DNA of 64,000 nt from Paraspadella gotoi (taxonomy: Eukaryota; Animalia; Chaetognatha): assembly GCA_051294375.1 (NCBI GenBank), contig CM119263.1:18314628-18378627 (forward strand), given 5' to 3'. The notes under the pieces are model-generated. The model did not search any database. It was not told where the DNA came from and was given only the letters and a program-made list of their open reading frames with translations. This document shows, piece by piece, positions 52,506-64,000 of the stretch (positions are counted from its first letter, which is position 1; each line of letters begins with the position of its first letter). Both the position numbers and the translations under genes were made by a program.

Positions 52506-54637
52506 GACACAATGAAAAATGGCGTAACGTTACTGTTCCGTGCTTTAAAAAAATTCACTTGTTCAATTTATTTATAGGGGTGAAAGATGATAATTTTTTT
52601 TAAAAAATTACTTATTCATATTATTCTAGAATTGTAATAGAAAAAATATAAAAAAATAATAGTACCAATAGTTAGTGTTATGTCTCAAATAGATTGAAAA
52701 AAACCTTCATTTAAAAATTCGATCGGAAAGTGGGGTAACTAAGGCTTACCAAGGCATCCTCCATGCCGTTGTTCTCTTCAAAATAATTTTTTATTTAACT
52801 ACATTGGAAAGGGAAAAAAAGAAATTCCAGGAGGGAAAGCGTGTATAAAGGGTACAGATTAATCTGGATTTACTGAATGATAACATGACCTTTTATTTAT
52901 TTATGAAATGGGGCATAAAGATCTCTAAAAAATTCGATCATTAAAGTCAGTCAATGAACCCTTTTCTAATGGGCTATTACAAAGAAATATTTTTTCTTAA
53001 TTAAAATGATGATAAATAATAGAATTAAATTCCTTGCTAATTTAAACACAATGATGTCTTGCTTTGTCAAATATATTGCAAGCTATATTAATTTTTAAAA
53101 CTATTATGATAAACAACAGTGTATCAAGCTTTAGTTTGCAGTTAAAAGATAATGAAAAATGCCGATTTTTTCACAGACAAGAAGGTAGATGTCCAGACTG
53201 TTTTATATCAAGCTGAAAAACATTTTTGTATTTATCATTTTTGATATTTTAAAAAGACATTTTATCAAGCTACAATATAAATTTTTGCTTGTTTTTTACT
53301 TTAACTAAATATAAAAGCAGTTTTAGGAATAAAGAAATTTAATAATTAATCAAAATGTAATTCAGGTCTTCCCTTTTCAAATTACCAAAAGAAAAATAAA
53401 AAATTTCATATGCCTTCATTGAAATTTTTAAAGCAAAAAACTGTTATTACTTTTAACTCTGATTTTAACAAAGCGTGTGTAAAGTATTTATTAGATTTAA
53501 TTTAATAAAACTTTTTTGAAAGGTGTCACATAATTAGGGCTTTAATTTGGATACCACACCATTCTTGCTAGCTCTTTCCTTTCAAAATTATTTAAAAAAA
53601 ACTTTTTTCAAAAAACTACGCAGTACAAATCTTTAAATAAAAAATTTGGGCAAAGCGGGAGGATCTCACTTATTTCTATTGATTTACAATACTTTTAATT
53701 TTAAAATAAAACTTGAAGAAATTTTTTTGTCATTTAGAATACATATCACTTTCAGATGTACCCATCGTTATTAATAATTTGATTTATTTATTCCCCAAAA
53801 AAAGCCTAATTAAAAAAGTTGAAATTTTTTCAAATTGTTGGAAAAAAATTTCCTCTGACCTATGCTCATTGAGGAATAAATGGTTTGCTAGAAAATCAAA
53901 ATATCAAAAAATAAAAAAAATCAGCCTCAGAAAAAATTGAAAGGCTAGAGGCTGATTTTTTTTAGAATGCAAAATTTTTTTCCTAACTTGAAATCCATTA
54001 TTCTCAAGTTTTTCAAAATATTTTTTTCCAAATCATTTCAATCAATTTTTTTTAATTTTAATTTAAAATGTTTTTATGATGTTGTTTTTGTTTGAAAAGA
54101 ATTGAAAAAAAATTTAAAAAATTAGTAATTATATAAGGGTTTTTGGAAATACCTTTAAAATATTAGATAATTAAAACAAGGGGAATAAGCAGAAAAAAAC
54201 TCCCTTCATAAAAAAAATGAAAATGAATTTGTCATATTGTTATTTAGATAATGATTAAATTACCAAACATATGATTCATATAAATTGAAGAAATGATGGG
54301 TAAAAATATTCCATCTCGGTTCTCGATTACTATTAAGTTATTGTTAAAAGTTTGTTTTAATAATTATTAACTTTGTTTTTTGCATTTTATAAAAGCAATG
54401 GTTTAAAATTTTGTAAGCGTTTCGAGCTATATTTGCTTCATCTTTTTTACTATTTTTGATCTAATTAGCTTTTTGTTGATGTCAAGATGGTCAGACACAA
54501 GTAATGTCCAGCTAAGTGTACTCGCACAATATTACCAAAATTAGTAATAATCAATTAATTTGGCTCAGGAAACAATTTTAAAGACAGAAATCAAGCACGA
54601 GGACAGTGTAACGCCCACGTTATTTTTTCATTGTGTC
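52506..54637. mobile_element. 2132-bp DNA transposon with terminal inverted repeats, apparently non-autonomous
   Basis: Left end GACACAATGAAAAATGGCGTAACGTTACTGTTCCGTGCTT (52506-52545). Reverse complement of the right end (54593-54637) is GACACAATGAAAAAATAACGTGGGCGTTACACTGTCCTCGTGCTT. Flanks are TTAC (52502-52505) and TTA (54638-54640). The other arm has the empty site CCAGTTACATACG (minus strand, ~61073-61086). Interior very AT-rich with no long ORF. Confidence 0.88.
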
Positions 54638-55199
54638 TTAATACGTATCGGGAGGCTCGCGATAATTTTGGGCGGGAATTAACGCAAGAAGATTTCTCTT
54701 CGGAGCCGACGGTTGGAATCACCGATTTTCTTTCATCCTTTTAAAGTTTGGCCGAAAGGTCGTGGGATTGTGTTTTTTATTATTATTCATTTTTTTCTAA
54801 TACCTAGTTTAGTATCGATTATAAAAAGTATCATTTTTTCCAGTTTCCACGTTGAGGGCCGTTATCGTTCCATTCAAATTTATACTCTGCCTTGTTCTTT
54901 TTCCTTCGTTCTTCTCCATGCCAGGCGATATGACAATAGAACAAAGACGGCCCATATTAAAAACGAACTTATAAATTTTTTTTTTTTTGGTTAGATTTCG
55001 ACTTTTCATTGTTCTCTGTTTCAGTCGGGGTGATGAAGGGCCAAACGAAAATCGCGGTTATATTGCGCCCGTATACACTGAGAGATTTCTGAAGGAAAAT
55101 AAACGCCCCTCTCGCAATTAGGAAGGATATTAAATTAGAAAGTAGATTAATTGCGGAGAAAAAAAAAAGTTTGAGGAACAATGGGCGCCATTCCGGAAA

Positions 55200-55815
55200 A
55201 CGACGATGACGACGACGACCGACGGATACGACGAGTATGCGATGACGGACGGACCGTTGACAGGATGACGACGACCGCTTGACGATGACGACGACGTTGA
55301 CGATGACGACGACTGTTTGACGATGACGATGACGACGGACGTTGACATGACGAAGACGCTTGGACGATGACCGACGACGTTGACTGATGACGACGACTGT
55401 TTTGACGATGACGACGATCGTTTGACGATGACGACGACGTTGACGATGACGACGCGTTGACGATGACGACGACTGATGACGATGACGACGACGTTGCACG
55501 ATGACGACGACCGTTGACGATGACGACGACGTTTGCCGATTGACGACGATCTGTAGCGGTTGACCTGGATTGGAACTTTGACGACGTTGACGATGACGAC
55601 GACGACGACGATGAACAACGACGTTGACGATGACGACGACGTTGACTGATGACGACGACGTTGACGATTGACGACGAGCGCGACCCGTTGACGATGACGT
55701 ACGGGACGTTTGACGATGACGACGGACCGTTGACGATGACGACGACGTTGGACGATGACAGACGGGACGTTGACGATACGACGTTGACGATTGACGACGA
55801 CGTTGACGATGACAA
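55200..55815 (+). repeat. 18-bp minisatellite (GACGACGTTGACGATGAC)n, left arm
   Basis: ~0.6 kb array, unit clearly recurrent despite indels. Confidence 0.92.
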
Positions 55816-56269
55816 AAAGTGAAAACCGACTGGACGGGCACACGATAGCAAGACGGTTGATTTACGACGACGACGACGACGACGACACGACGACGACGAC
55901 GAGACGACGGACGGCGAAAAGCGATGATCCAATTGGTTGGAGCGTCTTTTTTTTTTTAGAATTTCCACCGAAAATGCATTTTCATGAGGAAACAAACTGT
56001 TTTTTTTTTATTTCTTTTTTTTATTTTGCGTTGTTGGAGGTTTTAGAGGAATGGGTTTTTCCGTGGATGATTTAAGGAAAGGAATATTGGAAAAAGGAAA
56101 TTTGAAAAAAAAAATATCGAAAAAAAATTTACATCGAAAAAAATGAATATTATCAAATTCTATTTTTATGATAAAAAAAAGGTTAGCAAGTAGAACTGGG
56201 TACTAGAAAGAATAAAAATAAATTGAATTATTTGAATAAATGGACAAACTAATAAATAATAATTTAATG

Positions 56270-56460
56270 AATTGAATTATTGAATTTTAATAAATAAAAT
56301 AAATAAATAAATAAATAAATAATAAATAAATAAAGTAAATAAATAAAATAAATAAATAATATAAATAAATAATAAAATAATAAATAAATAATGAATGAAT
56401 GAATGAATTGAATTTTAGAGTCACCCCAGAATTAATGAATTAATGAATTATGAATTAAGG
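56270..56460. repeat. (AAAT)n/(GAAT)n microsatellite; mirrored as (ATTC)n at ~58490-58640
   Basis: Direct inspection; composition differs between arms. Confidence 0.9.
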
Positions 56461-56653
56461 AATTGGAAATGAAAAAGATATATAAATGAAAATTAATAAA
56501 TAAGTAAATAAATGAATAATAAATTAGTGTATTTGTAGCTAAAACTCATGACGAGCCGATGAATCATTTCAAGATTCCATATCGAAGGACCATGCCAATA
56601 TCCGAGATTAAAATAACAGAAATAAAATAACAACGTAGCGAAGGAGTGACGAA

Positions 56654-56687
<34 letters not shown>

Positions 56688-56689
56688 TC

Positions 56690-56960
56690 GTATACGCGAA
56701 CAATACACTCGTCGAAAGAAAAAAGGTTCTTAAGGCAAAAAAGGTAAAAAAGCGCCGAGCATCGACTCCCGAAACAAAGAGGATGGGAAATGAAATGCCA
56801 CCGGAAATGACGGTGGAAGTTAACGGTCGGAATTTAACGGCGGAGACGCCGATGGAATTCGTCATTGAAGCCGGAATTTCGTGGAATTTTACCGCGAGAA
56901 TTGGAAAGGAGGAGGATCCCGAGCTGAGTGAAGCGAATATGCAGATTACTGGAGTTTGAG
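56690..56960 (+). CDS. Putative exon with basic NLS-like stretch, unknown protein (mirrored ~58030-58300)
   Basis: Both arms give KK(G/V)KKRRAS(N/T)PETKR..VEVN..LTAETPMEFVIEAGISWNFTARIGKEE. Confidence 0.35.
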
Positions 56961-57449
56961 AGTAGGTTGAGCCCTCTTTGTTTTATTTTAGCGACGCGCA
57001 GGCGAAATCTCATTTGGAAATTTTAAAAAACGGGTTTTTGGAACGATGGCATCCGACACCCCCGCAGGTAAGTCAGACCTCCTACACACATCTGTATAGG
57101 CGCTCAATTGGTGAGAAAAAAAAAGGGGAATTTGTGAGATATCTGTTGTATACATATTGTTATAGCTAGAGAACAGGCGACTGCGATGACAATTCTCTCA
57201 TCTCTTTTTCAATTATGAATTTTTTTCTAAAATGCCGGAAAGTTTTCCAAGAGCTTATGGCCACTTCACAATCGCCCGCCATCGCTTTCTGTCCAGCACC
57301 GTTGCGCCACCATACTTGTTCTTGCCACCTGACCCATTGTTCCGACACCTGTCGCTCTTGATTCGAAAAATAGAACATTGCATCTCCCATCTGCCGTCCG
57401 GGGCATCTTTGTTTTGCAAAAGTGGAGCGAGAGAGAGAGAGGAGAGAGA

Positions 57450-57523
<74 letters not shown>

Positions 57524-59044
57524 CGAACCTTTGGTTGGTGCGGAAACCAAGGGACGGAATTGAGAACACCGCNNNNNNNNNNNNNNNNNNNNNNNNNTCT
57601 CTCTCTCTCTCTCTCGCTCCACTTTTGCAAGAACAGATGCCCCGGACGGCAGATGGAGATGCGATGTTCTATTTTTCGAATCAAGAGCGACAGGTGTCGG
57701 AACAAATGGGTCAGGTGGCCAGAACGAACGTATGGTGGCGCAACGGTGCTGACAGAAAAGCGATGGCGGCGATTGTGAAGTGGCCACTAAGCTCTTGGAA
57801 ACTTTCCGCATTTTAGAAAAAAATTTATAATGAAAAAGAGATGGAGAGATTGTCATGCAGTGCTTGTCTCTAGCTATAACAATATGTTATACAACAGATA
57901 TCTCACAAATTCCCCCCTTTTTTTCTCACCAATTAGCCTTCCCGCCCCCCAAAAAACCCGTTTTTTAAAATTCCAAATGAGTTTCGCCGCGCCGTCGCTA
58001 AAATAAAACAAAAGGCTCAACCTACTCCCTCAAACTCCAGATCTGCATATTCGCTTCACTCAGCTCGGGATCTCCTCCTTTCCAATTCTCGCGGTAAAAT
58101 TCCACGAAATTCCGGCTTCAATGACGAATTCCATCGGCGTCTCCGCCGTTAAATTCCGACGTTAACTTCCACCTCATTTCCGGTGGGCAATTTGACTTTC
58201 CTCTTTGTTTCGGGATTCGATGCTCGGCGTTTTTTACCTTTTTTTGTCTTAGAACCTTTTTTCGACGAGTTCTTGTTCGCGTTCGACGCATACAATGTCA
58301 TTTTTGACTTATTAATTCCATTCGATATATTCGTCACTCTTCGCTACGTTGTTATTTTATTTCTGTTATTTTAACTCGGATATTGGCATGGTCCTTCGAC
58401 TATGGAATTGAAATGATTCATGGCTCGGTCATGGATTTTACGCACATTCACTAATTTTATTTATTCTTTTTTTAATTATTCATTTTATATCTTTTCATTC
58501 ATTCATTAATTCATATTCATTAATTCATTAATTCTGCGGTGACTCTAATTCATTCATTCATTCATTCATTCATTCATTCATTCATTCATTCATTCATTTT
58601 TCATTCATTCATTCTTATTCATTCAATTATTTATTTATTGTTTGTCCATTTATTCATTATCAATTTTATTTTTTATTCTTTCTAGTACTCAGTTCTACTA
58701 GCTACCTTTTTTTATATAAAAATCGATTTGATAATATTCATTTTTTTCGATGTAATTTTTTTTCGATATTTCTTTTTTTTTTCTATTTTCCTTTTTCCAA
58801 TATTCCTTTCCTTATCATCCACGAGGAAAACCCATTCCTCTAAAACTCCAACAACGCAAAATAAAAAAAAAGAAATAAAAAAAAACAGTTTGTTTCCTCA
58901 TGAAAATGAATTTTTCGGTGGGATTCTAAAAAAAAAAAGACGCTCCAACCAAATTGGATCATCGTCTTTTTTCGTCGTCGCGTCGTTCGTCGTCGTCGTA
59001 ATCAACGTCTTGCTTATCGTGGTGCCCGTCGTCGGTTTTCCTTT

Positions 59045-60535
59045 TTCGTCATCGTCAACGTCGTCGTCAAGTCGTCATCGTCACGTCGTCGTCTCGTCAA
59101 CGTCATGCGTCAGTCGTCAAACGTCGTCGTCATCGTGTCAACGTCGTCGTCATCGTCACACGTCGTCGTCATCGTCAAGTCGTCGTCACGTCGTCGTGTC
59201 ATCGTCAACGTCGTCGTCATCGTAACGTCGTCGTCTACCGTCAACGTCTCGTCTCGTAACGTCGTCGTCATCGTCAAGTCATCGTCATCGTAAGTCGTCG
59301 TCATCTGTCAAACGTCGTCGTCATCGTCACGTCGTCCGTCGTCAACGTCGTCGTCATCGTCAACGTCGTCGTCATCGTCATCAGTCGTCATCGTCAACGT
59401 CGTCGTCATCGTCAACGTCGTCGTCATCGTCAACGTCGTCGTCATCGTCATGTGTCATCGTTCAACGTCGTCGTATCGTACGTCGTCGTCATCGTCAACG
59501 CGTCGTCAGGTCAACGTCGTCGTCTCGTCAACGTCGTCGTCATCGTCAAGTCGTTCGTCATCCGTCACGTCGTCGTATCGTCAACGTCGTCGTCATCGTC
59601 AACGTCGTCGTCATCGTCAACGTCGTCGTCATCGTCACGTCGTCGTCATCGTCACGTCGTCGTCATCGTACAAGATCGTCCGTTCTCAGTCACGTCGTCG
59701 TCAATCAACGTCCACGTCCGTTGTCATCGTCACCGTCGATAAGTCATCGTCAACGTCGTCGTCATCGTCAAAGTCGTCGTCATCGTCAACGTCGTCGTCA
59801 GTCGACGTCAACGTAAGTCGTCTATCGTCAACGTCGTCGTCATCGTCAACGTCGTCGTATCGTCAACGTCGTCGTCCTCACGTCCGTCATCGTCACGTCG
59901 TGTCATCGTCAACGTCGTCGTCATCGTCACGTCGTCACACGTCGTCGTCTCATCGTCAACGTCGTCGTATCAGTCAACGTCCGTCGTCATCGTTCAACGT
60001 CGTCTCATCGTCAACGCTGTCGTCATCGTCTCATCGGTCACGTTCGTTCGTCATCGTCAACGTCGTCGTCTCGTCATCGTCAACGTCGTCGTCATCGTCA
60101 ACGTCGTCAGTCACGTCGTCGTTCATCGTCAACGTCGTCGTGCATCGTCAACGTCGTCGTCATCGTCAACGTCGTCGTCATCGTCAACGTCGTGTCTCGT
60201 CAACGTCGGTCATCGTCAAGTCGTCGTCATCGTCAACGTCGTCGTCATCGTCAACGTCGTCGTCATCGTCAAGTCGTCGTCATCGTCATCGCTCAACGTC
60301 GTCGTCATCGTCAACGTCGAATCGTCATCGCAGTCGTCATCGTCAACGTCGTCGTCATCGTCAACGTCGTGCGTCACGTCAACGTCGTCGTCGTCGTCAC
60401 GTCGTCGTCGTCACGTCGTCGTACGTCGTCGTCCATCGTCACGTCGTCGTCTAATCGTCACCACGTCGTCGTACATCGTCACGTCGTCGTCATCGTCAAC
60501 GTCGTCGTCATCGTCGTCGTCGTCGTCATCGTCGT
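59045..60535 (-). repeat. 18-bp minisatellite (GTCATCGTCAACGTCGTC)n, right arm
   Basis: ~1.5 kb array of the same unit as 55200-55815 in reverse complement. Confidence 0.95.
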
Positions 60536-61649
60536 TTTCGAATCGGGCGCCATTGTTCCTTCAAACTTTTTTTTTTTCTCCGCAAATTAATTACTTTCTA
60601 ATTAATTCCTTCCTAATTAGCGAGAGGGCGTTTATTTCCTTCAAAATCTCTCAGTTTACGGGCGCAATATAACCGCGATTTCGTTTGCCCTTCATCCCCG
60701 ACTGAAACAGAGAAACAATGAAAGTCGAAATCTAACCAAAAAAAAAATTGTTATCGTTCGTTTTTATATGGCCGTCTTTGTTCTATTGTCATATCGCCTG
60801 GGCATGGAGAAGAACGAAGGAAAACAAGGCAGAGAATATAAATTGAATGGGGAACGATACGGCCTTCACGTGGAAACTGGAAAAAAGTGATACTTTTTTA
60901 ATCGAATACTAAACTAGGTTATTAGAAAAACGAATGATAATAATAATAAAACACAATCCCACGACTTTCGGCCAACTTTAAAAGGATGAAAGAAAATCGG
61001 TGATTCCACCGTCGGCTCCGAACGAGAAATCTCTTGCGTAATTCCCGCCAAAATTATCGCGAGCCTCCCGATCCGTATGTAACTGGAAAGAATTCACCGT
61101 AATCCGGGATGTAATTCTCCGCGGGATAATTCTCCCGGTCGCGCGGTTACGAGGGAAAAGGGAAGACGGAAATTAACTCGGATAGTAGAAGAGGGGGGTG
61201 TGGTGGAATTGAGGCGGAAATGAGGGTGGCGGGTGAGTGGTTACGTAAATGGAAATGGGGGGGGATTTTAATGGAACCGGGGAAGATGTTTCACTCGAAT
61301 CGAGTTTCAGATGGGAGCTATGAGGAAACAGATGGGGAAGAGAGTCTGGAGACGGTGGAAGCGCACGGGGAAAGTTGATCGGATTCATTCTTGCGTCGCG
61401 AATGAATTATTTAATGATTCCCGTTTCAAACGAAGGGGAGGCGGACGACGACGAAGACGACGACGACGACGACGACGAAGACGACCACGACGTCGATAAC
61501 TGGGTTAAGGCGGAATATCGGGAAGCGAAGGTGTGGCCGAGATGAATGTTGAAAAGCGCAGGGAAGAGGGAATGTAGTTGAGGTGGCGCTTCGTGGCAGC
61601 CATGAGGCTTTTGGGGGTGACGGAATTCGGAGCGAGGGTTAAGGTTTTT

Positions 61650-61704
<55 letters not shown>

Positions 61705-62164
61705 CAACTACGACAGCTACGGGGAAGCCTTGGTTTTCCAAATGGAGGTCGATGAGGGTGAACGAGTCTTTTGTCGAACTTAAACGACAAAAACTCAAAG
61801 TTATCGACGTTCGATTCGCTGTTTTTTTCTCAGCCATCGGAAATCTTTCGTTTTTTTTTTAATCGACTTATTGTGAATAATCACATTTCTCTTTTCTTCA
61901 AAATCTTCTTCACAATCCAGATTCACTCCATTCGGTTCATTCGACAGGGTTAAAAACGTATTTCGAAATTGTGTCACAAAACTTTAGTTTTTGATTAAAA
62001 ACTAACGTCAACGTTATCATCGCAACCATGACGGCGAAGGCGATAAAGCTGCGGCGAGAACGGTGTGGCTTTTTCAGGTCACGGTCTGTCGGTCTAGTGG
62101 AGAGGAATCGTGAATTAATGAGAACCGATAGGGGGAGATAGTGGAGACGCGTTGGCGAGAGAGG

Positions 62165-62211
<47 letters not shown>

Positions 62212-62786
62212 TATGTTTGTTGTTTTTTTTTTTTTTTGTCTTTTAATTCACGAATAATCGATTAAAAAAAACCTGACGAGGCTTCGATTCATTGATGCGG
62301 CAGAAACGCGATAAAAACGCGCGGCGATGCTGGAGCTGATAACGGTCAACGGGCGTCGGGTGCCGTGGGCGCAGAAAACAGTTGCAGGTGCTGGTGAGCG
62401 CAGAAGATGCGAACTCATTCTACGGTTCGCTGAAATTTTTAAAACGCCAAGTTAAATTCATTTAAACGAGAAAAAAAATATCTTAAAAAAAAGGGACTGA
62501 ATTTCTCGCAAATAACGTCATATGATCATTTCCATAACGATGACATCATTATGAAATTAAAAATATGCAAATTTTTTTTCGTCTCATCGGCTTAATTTTC
62601 TCCGTCTTCCTTTTTTCCTTGGAATGCCACGCCTACTTCTTTCCCCGCGGACATCAGCTTAAATCTCATTTGCATATTTCGGCTTGCCCCTTCCCCCCCG
62701 CACCTTTTTTCCAATTGAGTCGAATCTTTTCCCGACACTTCTCTCTGTCCTTTTCATTTCTATCATCCCATATTTCTAGCCTTTAG

Positions 62787-62845
<59 letters not shown>

Positions 62846-63135
62846 ACCAGAAAGTGGGTTCTTCCTCCTCTTTCCTTCCTCTTGTACGACTTGTGCGTCG
62901 ACCTTTCATTACCCTTTCACGCCCGCCCGGTCGGTAGGACGGTGGGGGTTGCATGGTGGGTGGCGGCGGGGTCCCTTCTTTTGGCGGGGGTTTGGGAGTC
63001 TTCGAGGTTGAAAAAGGAAAAGATGGAAAATAGGCGCGAAAGAAGAATAAGGATTTAATTAAATTAAATTTGTTTGGAGACTCTTCATTAATTGACGAAT
63101 TTAAGAATAAACCTGAAAGACTAGAAATTCCTTAG

Positions 63136-63745
63136 GAGATTGTATTCTGTGTCTCGCACGATATGGCGCCTGGATGAAGAGCTCATAGTTCGAAGGAGCA
63201 ACTGGGAAGTCAGAGAAAAGGAGGGACAAAGATATCGGTCCCGGGAAAGACCCATCGAATCCCCGCCTCTCGCTCTCTCTCTCCGGCTCCATTCAATCGT
63301 GGGCGAATGACTTTCGGGTCACGCGGTCCAATCCCGGGAGGAGAAGAGGGCGATTCAAGGGTGAGATTTGACGCTCGCTTCTTCTTCGCGCCATTTTCAA
63401 AATCCTTTACGTCATTTCGTATCCTTTGCGATATTTCAGGTCCTTTGCGTCGTTTAATATCCTTTGCGCAATTTAAGATCCTTTACGGCATTTCCTAAAC
63501 TTTTCTGTGTTCAAATTTTTTTAGTTTTACACTTTGTCGGTTGTCGTGTAAGGTCGATCAATATTATGAATCATACTATTACAATGATACTATTGATGCC
63601 TTTCTTTTCCTTAAAAACGTTGACCCTCTTTTTTTACCTCGATTTCTGACCCTTTTTTTTTCCCTCCAGATTTCCGTTTTTCGTCACCTCCTCCTTCGGG
63701 ACCTTTTTAACTCCGGTGCTTCCGAAGAGGGGAATCCTTTCTGGG
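63136..63745 (+). CDS. Two putative exons (63136-63360; 63670-~63745), unknown protein; first exon mirrored at 50129-50352
   Basis: CCTTAG acceptor, AGG|GTGAGA donor at 63361, polypyrimidine-CCAG acceptor ending 63669; the junction can be read in frame (..GEEGDSR/ISVFRHLLLRDLFNSG..). Confidence 0.35.
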
Positions 63746-64000
63746 TCACCTTTTTCAGCCTTTCTTTTCCTTTCTTTTCCTTTCTTTTGCTTTCTTCTTT
63801 CCTTCTTCGTTACCTTGGGGTTTACTTTAACTTTGTTTTTTCTTTTCTTTATTTTCCTTATTTTATTTTTTCTATGCGGTTTTCCCATTTTAATTCGTCA
63901 TTCTTCTTTCTTTTTTTTCGCACGTGACATGTGACGCTTTTAACTTATCTCATTTTTAATCTCTACAACGAAAAAATCGTGAATCGCCTACTGAGAGAAA

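Larger units (their letters stand above)
49844..63649. repeat. ~14 kb inverted duplication (arms 49844-~57445 and 57598-63649) centred on a 25-N gap
   Basis: Arms are reverse complements throughout, e.g. TCAGAAATCGAG at 49844 vs 63649 and GCAAAAGTGGAGCGAGA at ~57416 vs ~57612. Exceptions are the 2.1 kb insertion and the array lengths. Confidence 0.95.

Noticed and set aside
53165-53570. hAT-like words in the transposon (minus: LDIKTVWTSTF; NGVVSKLK)
   Set aside because: Short, lacking the conserved Arg of TRWNS, not in a continuous ORF, and the 3-4 bp TSD conflicts with the 8-bp hAT TSD.
59045-60535. CRISPR-like or 334-aa ORF interpretation of the 18-bp array
   Set aside because: Units are contiguous with no unique spacers and no cas genes; plus-strand ORFs arise because the repeat lacks stop codons.

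Overview
Eukaryotic genomic DNA, probably from an animal or other holozoan. It has AT-rich intergenic and intronic sequence, short GT-AG introns, and dense (GA)n, (GTC)n, (TTTC)n and (AAAT)n microsatellites. The assembly is a low-quality draft. Six gaps of exactly 25 N, most flanked by indel-ridden duplicate sequence, suggest gap-filling with uncorrected long reads. About half of the window is redundant: one ~6 kb unit occurs four times (+,+,-,+) between 0.95 and 33.4 kb, and a ~14 kb inverted duplication spans 49.8-63.6 kb. Almost all ORFs in the supplied track are microsatellite read-throughs. The biological signal I can support is: (1) a type I hammerhead ribozyme motif at the tip of a ~60 bp hairpin (116-275); (2) a ~10.8 kb frameshift-riddled Thr/Glu/Lys-rich repetitive coding region with a ~560-600 nt period; (3) a three-exon 5' fragment of a dynamin-superfamily (EHD/sarcalumenin-like) GTPase gene at 34.8-35.6 kb (-), not shown intact by the ORF track; (4) a 2.13 kb TIR DNA transposon present in one arm of the inverted duplication and precisely absent from the other; (5) several unidentified putative exons. 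I saw no rRNA, tRNA, CRISPR array or intact transposase/RT. I cannot claim a new biological system. The ribozyme hairpin, the transposon and the GTPase are the best leads.
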